Of a stretch of DNA of 64,000 nucleotides, positions 57,498-64,000 are shown one piece after another; within the stretch, counting starts at the first letter, position 1; each line of letters begins with the position of its first letter. Origin of the DNA: Haplodiscus bocki (Eukaryota). The notes beneath the pieces were generated by a model, which worked only from the letters and a program-made list of their open reading frames with translations, did not search any database and was not told the origin of the DNA. Position numbers and translations under genes: made by a program. The stretch spans positions 108,810,001 through 108,874,000 of the forward strand of contig OZ296649.1 in assembly GCA_965655095.1 (NCBI GenBank), given 5' to 3'.

Positions 57498-58438
57498 ATA
57501 AACTTATTTCTACAAAAAATAGAGTTTTCATCTCTTTAGTGGGACCCGGTGAATCAGGGAAATCTCAACTTATCTATCAATGGTTAAGAAACGACACCTT
57601 CCAACCAAAGTTTGGAAAATTTTTGTTTTTCTACCAGCACTTCCAACCGCTTTACGATGTAATGCTGAAGGAAATCGAAAACATTGAATTTGTTCAGGGT
57701 GTCAATTTTGACTTTATTGATTCTCTGGAGAACAATGGAACTAAATACCTACTAATTTTTGATGACTCTTGTCAAGAAATTTGTAACTCCAGGGAATTCG
57801 AGAAAATTGCTGTAGCAGGAAGACATCGCGGACTAAGTACTATTTACATAAAGCACAATTTATTCCACAAGAGTAAATTGGGAAGAGATATCGAGCTTCA
57901 AAATACTCATATTGTTCTATTCAAGTCACCGCGAGATGTATTACAAGTTGGTAGGCTCAGTGTTCAGTTGGGGCTAGGTTTGTCGCTTGTGGATTGGTAT
58001 AAAGATGCAACATCCGTACCATTTGGTCATTTATTAATTGACTGGTCTCCCCGAACGGATGATCGTTTACGATACTGTACAAACAGTGGAACAAAACCCT
58101 CAAAATTTTACATACCTGAACAGTTGAAACATTTGAGAATTTTGGACGATGACCATACAAAATCTCTCTATTCTCCAAGCATTCCAACACTTTTCCCCCA
58201 AGTGCAAAATACAATTTCTCCAAAACTCCCCGAAAGAATTCATTCGGTTCCTAAGCGAATGTATAGTGAACCTGCTCCACGGAAATTTGCAAGATTTGAA
58301 AAAAGAGCAAGTAATAAAATATCGAAAACAAATCCACGCACTTTCTCTGGTAAGAACAACTTGGAAAGAAAGACGAAGAATTTTGTCAACAAAAAAAGGA
58401 CTGTTACTAATAAAAACAATATCCCCATTCGTCATTAG
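57494..58438 (+). CDS. A32/FtsK-HerA family genome packaging ATPase
   Basis: Walker A GPGESGKS, Walker B LLIFDD, AGRHRGLS, HNLF and PFGHLLID. Confidence 0.95.
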   Translation: MNKLISTKNRVFISLVGPGESGKSQLIYQWLRNDTFQPKFGKFLFFYQHFQPLYDVMLKEIENIEFVQGVNFDFIDSLENNGTKYLLIFDDSCQEICNSREFEKIAVAGRHRGLSTIYIKHNLFHKSKLGRDIELQNTHIVLFKSPRDVLQVGRLSVQLGLGLSLVDWYKDATSVPFGHLLIDWSPRTDDRLRYCTNSGTKPSKFYIPEQLKHLRILDDDHTKSLYSPSIPTLFPQVQNTISPKLPERIHSVPKRMYSEPAPRKFARFEKRASNKISKTNPRTFSGKNNLERKTKNFVNKKRTVTNKNNIPIRH

Positions 58439-58451
58439 TCATTTATCTTGA
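58149..58451 (+). CDS. Small basic conserved Polinton protein, overlapping the ATPase tail
   Basis: ECIVNLLHGNL motif; homologue in the old element at 29569-29925. Confidence 0.8.
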   Translation: MTIQNLSILQAFQHFSPKCKIQFLQNSPKEFIRFLSECIVNLLHGNLQDLKKEQVIKYRKQIHALSLVRTTWKERRRILSTKKGLLLIKTISPFVISHLS

Positions 58452-58452
58452 C

Positions 58453-58866
58453 ATGGAACAGTTCGTGCTTGTACCAATTTCCGTGTATAACAGTAACAAA
58501 ACAAAACCAACCCTTGTTACAAAGAAGGAACTAACAACTTATCAGAGCGAAGAAAAACCCACGTACCAGATTGAATCTGTAAAGAAAGAAATCAATAAAA
58601 ACCTTTTTGCTAAAGCTGATTCTCTCGTTGATAAAGTTTTGTCTTCACCTCGCATAAAACTTTCGACCTCGAACTTTTTAATTTTGGATGGAAGGGATAC
58701 TGGAGTTTCTCTGACAAACTTTGCCCAGACATTGAAACTTAAAAAGGCGGAGGTACCAGATATTTATTTTACTTTACTTGATGCTGCGGATATTACACCC
58801 AGCTTGGTTCTGAATAATCATGCCAAAGAAAAAGAGAGAGGGAGCTGGGTTCCTTTCAAGATCTGA
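58453..58866 (+). CDS. Hypothetical conserved Polinton protein
   Basis: Intact 137-aa ORF packed between its neighbours; homologue at 29016-29567. Confidence 0.75.
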   Translation: MEQFVLVPISVYNSNKTKPTLVTKKELTTYQSEEKPTYQIESVKKEINKNLFAKADSLVDKVLSSPRIKLSTSNFLILDGRDTGVSLTNFAQTLKLKKAEVPDIYFTLLDAADITPSLVLNNHAKEKERGSWVPFKI

Positions 58867-59758
58867 GAAACAAAAACTGCAAAAGTTGTACAGCGAAGGT
58901 CCTGCAGCTTATGGTTCAGTCAAAAACTTGACAAAGGCAAGCAAACTCCCAGTTTCAAAAGTGCAGTATTTTCTTCATTCAAAGTCCTCCTACACGAGAT
59001 TTAACCAAGCAACCAGAAAATTCCGGAGAATGAGAGCTTTCGCTAGATTCAAAAACGAAATTTGGTGTATGGACTTGGCATTTGTCGACAAATTAGCCAA
59101 AGACAACAATGGAGTAAAATATTTGCTCGTTCGTCAAGACATGTTTGACAGAACGGTGGATGCAAAAGGAATGAAAACAAAGGATTCAAAAGAAACCGTT
59201 AAAAGTTTTTCCAAAATGATTACAAAAAAGATTCGACCAAAAAAGATTTGGGTAGACCAAGGTACAGAATTTGCCGGAGATTTCAAAAAGTTCTGTAATG
59301 CTGAGGGAATACATGTTTACTCCACAATGAGTGAAACAAAGGCAACTTTTGCAGAGAGAACAATCAGGTCACTCAAAAAAATCTTATACAGATATATGGA
59401 GGAACATGGATACAAATATATTCACAAATTGTCTCAATTTGTCAGGATTTTGAATTCGAGAAAAACTCGCATGATAAACATGATACCAAACAAAGTCAAG
59501 AATTCCGATTTTATGTCAATTCTTTATGGCCAACCTATAAGAGAATTCACTCCACCCAAATTGGCCATAGGCGATAAAGTTCGGATTTCCAAGATTGATT
59601 TACCCTTCAGAAAAGGTTATAAACCTCAGTTTACGGAAGAAATTTTTGAGATTGTTGCCCTTGCTAGCAGAAAACCTCCGACATACACTATAAAAGACAA
59701 TCAGAATTTGGTTATACGTGGTAAATTTTACGAAAAGGAAATGATTAGAGTCATTTGA
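58820..59758 (+). CDS. Retroviral-type DDE integrase
   Basis: WCMDL (D), WVDQGTEF (D), AERTIRSLK (E), GDKVRISK..FRKGYKPQFTEEIF, GKFYEKE. Confidence 0.96.
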   Translation: MPKKKREGAGFLSRSEKQKLQKLYSEGPAAYGSVKNLTKASKLPVSKVQYFLHSKSSYTRFNQATRKFRRMRAFARFKNEIWCMDLAFVDKLAKDNNGVKYLLVRQDMFDRTVDAKGMKTKDSKETVKSFSKMITKKIRPKKIWVDQGTEFAGDFKKFCNAEGIHVYSTMSETKATFAERTIRSLKKILYRYMEEHGYKYIHKLSQFVRILNSRKTRMINMIPNKVKNSDFMSILYGQPIREFTPPKLAIGDKVRISKIDLPFRKGYKPQFTEEIFEIVALASRKPPTYTIKDNQNLVIRGKFYEKEMIRVI

Positions 59759-59760
59759 GA

Positions 59761-60564
59761 ATGGATTCCTTCACAATAGAGTTGGTTTCAAACGCATCCT
59801 CCGAATTGTTTCCGGATAATACTTTGATTCCTTTCACGAACTTCCTTCCCGAACAAGTCAACTTAGAAGGTCAATGGGAGGTCGCAGTATCAGAGATTTC
59901 GTATCCCTCAATGTACCAGAATGTAACGGAAGGAAAATTCTTATTTCACGACAATGAATTATCAAAAACAAAAGATTACTACTATCTTGAACCAGGATTA
60001 TATCATTCTATTACCGACATAGTAGAAGCGATGAACTCACTCATTCAGAATAGAAACAATCACAACACGACCTGCATCGGCTTGAAAGTTGACCGTAGAT
60101 CTCAGAAAGTGACTTTTTCGCTTGTTAATGATAAATCTAGTTTGGTGATATCTAGTATCGACTTGGGTCACATTTTTGGAGGTGACGTCCGGAACGATCG
60201 GGGGATTTTGATGCTTGGTAAGGGACCACACAAACCGTTGTTTGCATACGACATTGTTCGAATTCATTCGCTCATGATTTACACTGATATTGTAGAGTAC
60301 AACATAGTCGGAGATACGAAAGCACCCTTATTGCGATGCTTTCCTTTCATATCAAAGGTAAAGTCCGGTGATGTCATTACCACGGGACAGTACATGAATT
60401 ATCAGACTTTCAGTAATCTACAATTCCGTAGGTTGTTGAAAAACTCCTTTCATAGTGTACAAATTGATTTGCGTGACACGTCTGGGGAGCAAATTCCTTT
60501 TGTTTCTGTGGGAATAACCAGACTTGTTCTCATGTTCAGAAAAGTGTCTGATTTTCATTTTTAA
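59761..60564 (+). CDS. Minor capsid protein (penton-like)
   Basis: LVSNAS.LFPDNT..FTNFLP..LEGQWEVAVSEISYP; IYTDIVEYNIVGDTKAPLLR; IDLRDTSGEQIPF. Confidence 0.9.
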   Translation: MDSFTIELVSNASSELFPDNTLIPFTNFLPEQVNLEGQWEVAVSEISYPSMYQNVTEGKFLFHDNELSKTKDYYYLEPGLYHSITDIVEAMNSLIQNRNNHNTTCIGLKVDRRSQKVTFSLVNDKSSLVISSIDLGHIFGGDVRNDRGILMLGKGPHKPLFAYDIVRIHSLMIYTDIVEYNIVGDTKAPLLRCFPFISKVKSGDVITTGQYMNYQTFSNLQFRRLLKNSFHSVQIDLRDTSGEQIPFVSVGITRLVLMFRKVSDFHF

Positions 60565-60582
60565 ACGAAAAACGTGTACCAA

Positions 60583-60948
60583 ATGGTCGCTTCAAGAGAA
60601 GTAGAACTTCCCTATTACAAAGGAGTGGGAAGACAACGAGGACGAGGGTTTGGCGCTCTCGCTCAAGTTATTGGGAGAACTGCTATTCCTTTCTTGAAAA
60701 AATATGTTGTCCCAGCTGCTAGACGTATCGGTGCTGATATGTTCGGGTTCGCAGTACCTGAAATTGCTGACGTTGTCAGTGGAAAACAAAATTTCAAAGC
60801 AGCTGCTAAAAACGTGGGAAGGCAAACTCTAAAAAAACAACTCGGTGGTGGAAGTAGGAAACGCTCCGCGAGCAAAGTCATTCAGTCTAAATCCAAGAAG
60901 CGGAACAGTCGGTCACGCAGAGATATATTCACTAACGTTGCGACGTGA
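60583..60948 (+). CDS. Basic amphipathic core/membrane-lytic protein with candidate protease cleavage sites
   Basis: RQRGRGFGALAQVIGRTAIPFLKK amphipathic helix, QLGGG site and an Arg/Lys-rich tail; lies between penton and MCP. Confidence 0.75.
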   Translation: MVASREVELPYYKGVGRQRGRGFGALAQVIGRTAIPFLKKYVVPAARRIGADMFGFAVPEIADVVSGKQNFKAAAKNVGRQTLKKQLGGGSRKRSASKVIQSKSKKRNSRSRRDIFTNVAT

Positions 60949-62315
60949 AAATGACTTCACAAAATAACTTTCGGTACCACCCATATGTGGCAGTTTCTGG
61001 CAATCTTGGTGGTAAAGTCCCAGTTGTAGATGATGTCCTATCATCTCATGAACAACAAATTTACCCCACCACGTCGCTGGATGAAAACAGCATTGAATTT
61101 GAGTTTCAAACAGATCGTAACTATTACGTTGATTTGCGTCAGTCTTATTTAGCTCTTAAAGTTAAATTAGTCAAAGGACGTGGTTATGACACACACAAAT
61201 CGAAAGAAGCTAAGAAAGAACACAAAAACGAAGAACAGCCAACAGATGCAGCAGCCAATGATGAAGAGGATGATACTAACTCGGTACCCCTTCTTACATA
61301 TGTAAACAATATTATGCATTCTATTTTTTCTAATGTGGAGGTGTATATAAACAATCAGCAAATATACAACTCAAATGGACTCTATGCTCACAAGTCGTAT
61401 ATTTCCAACAACTTTAAGGGAGCGATCTCTGAGTACAAAGGTGTTTTGCATTGTGAAGGTTATGACTTCGAAGAGAATCCTGATGACATTCAAGACTCGC
61501 TCCTGTCTGATCCCTTCTTTTCAAGAAGAATGAAAATGCTACTGAGAAGTGACGGATTTGCGTTATACGGAAAATTGGGTGTTGATTTTTTCACAACCTC
61601 TGAATTACTTTATCCAAATATGAAAGTTAGATTACGATTAATCAGAGCGAGACCTAACTTTTACATGATTAGCGACAACCCTAATGTTAGTTTAGGAATT
61701 GTAGACTGTACGTTGTACACACGTCGCATTGGACTAAAGGAGGATTATCACAAGAAAAGAATGGACATGCTTGCATATGCTCCGGTGGAATACAACTATA
61801 TGGAAACGTTGGCAAAGACATTTATCATTCCATCCAGTCAAAATCAATTCATTCAAGAAAATATTTTCAACAATGCTCCCATTCGTCGAATCGCGATAGC
61901 CATGAATACAAACTCCGCTTTCACTGGTTCTTTCACTGAAAACCCGTTTTGGTATCAACAATTCGATCTCAGACAAATTAGAATACTTAGGGGAGGCCAA
62001 CCAATTGTAGATTATGACACTTCCGATAATTGTCGCCTATACGTAACTACGATGAAAGCAATGAACTTCCAAGACGACATACCATCGATTCCTATTGATA
62101 ATTTTCAAGACCATTACGTTCTAGTATTTGATTTGACGTCAATGCAGGATGCCACCGAACATTGTCATTATCCAGAGTTGGTTGGAGAACCGTTGAGATT
62201 GGAGCTTAACTTTAACACTGCTCTGGAACATGTTACTGAAGTCATTGTATTAGGAGAACGAATGTCTTCAGTTGCAGTCGACAAGTTTGGAGTTGTTGGT
62301 AAAAATATTCAGTAA
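60945..62315 (+). CDS. Major capsid protein (double jelly-roll, hexon-like)
   Basis: IEFEF..YVDLRQSYL, NNIMHSIFSNVEVYIN, NPFWYQQFDL, VFDLT, LRLELNF; 456 aa, intact. Confidence 0.93.
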   Translation: MKMTSQNNFRYHPYVAVSGNLGGKVPVVDDVLSSHEQQIYPTTSLDENSIEFEFQTDRNYYVDLRQSYLALKVKLVKGRGYDTHKSKEAKKEHKNEEQPTDAAANDEEDDTNSVPLLTYVNNIMHSIFSNVEVYINNQQIYNSNGLYAHKSYISNNFKGAISEYKGVLHCEGYDFEENPDDIQDSLLSDPFFSRRMKMLLRSDGFALYGKLGVDFFTTSELLYPNMKVRLRLIRARPNFYMISDNPNVSLGIVDCTLYTRRIGLKEDYHKKRMDMLAYAPVEYNYMETLAKTFIIPSSQNQFIQENIFNNAPIRRIAIAMNTNSAFTGSFTENPFWYQQFDLRQIRILRGGQPIVDYDTSDNCRLYVTTMKAMNFQDDIPSIPIDNFQDHYVLVFDLTSMQDATEHCHYPELVGEPLRLELNFNTALEHVTEVIVLGERMSSVAVDKFGVVGKNIQ

Positions 62316-62321
62316 ACTTTC

Positions 62322-62714
62322 ATGGATAACGTTGCTCTTCGTCAAATAATAAACCGCATTCCACTTCTCAAGTATCGGTACAATGGTTCTTTTCCTTGCG
62401 ATTATGTTCCAACACTCCCAAATGATACGTTTGCCATTATCAACACACAACCGAGCAACATGCAAGGTGAGCATTGGATTATGATAGCAAGGCTTCGTCA
62501 TCTGTTATATTTTGCTGATTCTCTTGGTCGCAAAGACTACAACTTCCTCAGGAGAAACTACAAACGGATGATCCCAGAACGGTTGCAGCTTCATCAGAGC
62601 CTTTGTGGATTTTATACAATATATGCGGCTTTTCTGCTCTTCAAGTTTGGACAAGAAGAAATTACTGGTGTTCACGATTTAAATGTACTCTCTTTTATTA
62701 GTAATTATATGTAG
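62322..62714 (+). CDS. Adenain-type (C5) maturation cysteine protease
   Basis: IINT..GEHW (His), YFADSLG (Asp), LQ...SLCGFY (oxyanion Gln and catalytic Cys). Confidence 0.93.
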   Translation: MDNVALRQIINRIPLLKYRYNGSFPCDYVPTLPNDTFAIINTQPSNMQGEHWIMIARLRHLLYFADSLGRKDYNFLRRNYKRMIPERLQLHQSLCGFYTIYAAFLLFKFGQEEITGVHDLNVLSFISNYM

Positions 62715-62879
62715 TGCTCCATAAAATTTAATGTTAGTATGCAGTGTATACATTTCACTTGTTCCTTTTTGTACTTCTAATTAACATTTTTCAACTTAAA
62801 ATCAACCTTTTTTTTACATAACAACTAGTTCTAAGCACGGTCGGAAAAGTTTATTCAACCTTTTTACATAGCACTAAGT

Positions 62880-63369
62880 GCGATGTCGTCCATCAATTCC
62901 AGCTCTCGTAAAACAAAGACGACTACTAAATGATGTTCGCATTCGTGTGCACGTGTGTTTCTCTGAACAACTTCATTCATGTTCGTATTGTCTGTTAATA
63001 TATTTGTATAATACTGGGAATCTTTCCCTATTCCTATTGGACGCGGAGTTAAAACGCCATAGGATGAACAATATTCTTATATGATAAAGTCTCCGCCTCG
63101 ATTTTCCGCCGTCCGCCGCCCGTCTCGGCCTATGCCGAAAAATTACCTAATAAAGTCTCCGTCGCTGCCGCCCGCCTCGACGCTTCCGCCGCCCGCCTCG
63201 GCCTATGCCGAAAAATTACCTAATAAAGTCTCCGCCGACCGCCTCGGGGCCCCTGGAAAATATCAAAACAGGGGGTGAAGACCCTTCTCGGCTCTCGGGT
63301 GCTATAGGCTATGTTAAAACATGAGGGTCTTCACCCCCTCCTGGCTGTCTTGCTCGCCTATATACTACT
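62880..63369 (-). repeat. Right TIR (490 bp) of young Polinton
   Basis: Reverse complement of 45221-45710. Confidence 0.96.
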
Positions 63370-63507
63370 TACCTCTTCCTTTGATACAATAAATTACTTT
63401 TGATTTATTTGCTGAGATTTTCCAGCCACCTCACGGGAAATTGCGGGATAACTACTCGGATCGTTTCCGTTCAACTCTTCAGTGGTCTGTCTTTTTCAGA
63501 ATAGTTG

Positions 63508-64000
63508 ATGGTTGCAGAAACAACTCCCCAGTCTTTGATTTCTTCAGAACCTGAAGTTTCTGTCAGCAGTGAGTGTTAATATTTTTATTGAATATTTGCT
63601 TCCTTCTAGTTTTTTGGCTAAAGATTTTGCAAAAATTCGCGATTGAATGGTTTTCGAATTCCTTAAATTCGAGTAAAGATTTTTCTGTGCTTAATGTGCA
63701 CAATATGATTGCAAAGCATCGTTTTCAGGTTCAAAACATCACGATGTGCCTATTGAACACTTGGATTACGGGTATATTGCAGGATGTTCAGACATAAAGT
63801 ACATTGAAAAGTTGCTGAAAGTTCTACGTTCGGGGAAAGAAGGCCTCTTCCCGGATTTGATAGGATTCACTGAAAATCGGCTACGATTGTTATCCCCGTC
63901 CAGCAAACTCCTTAATGTCGCTCAGCCAATCAAAAAGAAGGAAGCTCTGGGCGCCGAAGAGAAGCAGAGCCTTGTCAATGACTTGAACGAGTTCCTTAAA
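63508..64000 (+). CDS. SPAG1: SPAG1 (dynein assembly TPR co-chaperone), 5' coding exons 63508-63568 and 63729 to the window end
   Basis: Phase-consistent GT-AG intron. Product VPIEHLDYGYIAGCSDIKYIEKLLKVLRSGKEGLFPDL matches my recollection of the SPAG1 N-terminus IPIEHLDFKYIEKCSDVKHLEKILCVLRSGEEGYYPEL. Not in the ORF track. Confidence 0.88.

Larger units (their letters stand above)
45221..63369. mobile_element. Young, nearly intact Polinton/Maverick (adintovirus-like endogenous virus), 18,149 bp
   Basis: AGTAGT...ACTACT termini, 490-bp TIRs, a perfect 6-bp TSD TACCTC (45215-45220 and 63370-63375), and a full set of pPolB, INT, ATPase, MCP, penton and protease ORFs. Confidence 0.97.

Overview
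AT-rich animal genomic DNA with spliceosomal introns; the species cannot be determined from the sequence. Host genes: a single-exon DRAP1/NC2-alpha-like histone-fold gene (11534-11875), a 10-exon LRRC45 gene (12937-40354) and the first two coding exons of SPAG1 (63508 to the window end). Mobile DNA dominates. There is a probable decayed LTR-retroelement fragment (about 300-2900), a disrupted CR1/L2-like LINE (about 5769-9563), short non-autonomous repeats, and two Polinton/Maverick (adintovirus-like) endogenous viruses. The old element (17207-33311; about 108-bp diverged TIRs; TSD AATGTT/AACGTT) is pseudogenised inside a 19.9-kb LRRC45 intron. The young element (45221-63369; 490-bp TIRs with about 2 mismatches; perfect TSD TACCTC) is almost intact. 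It encodes pPolB, integrase, packaging ATPase, major and minor capsid proteins, an adenain-type protease and a PLA2-like protein. The two elements share a colinear morphogenesis block but carry different polymerase types (HNH/EndoVII-type versus Vsr-type insert). The most striking accessory content is in the young element: an EGFR-ligand-like growth factor gene, an adjacent acidic protein with cell-cycle-type linear motifs, several PC4-like genes, a HUH-like ORF, and a duplicated CCAAT/ETS/CArG (SRE-like) promoter in front of the structural block. Together these suggest, as a hypothesis only, a virus-encoded mitogenic circuit. All assignments come from reading motifs by eye; no searches were run.
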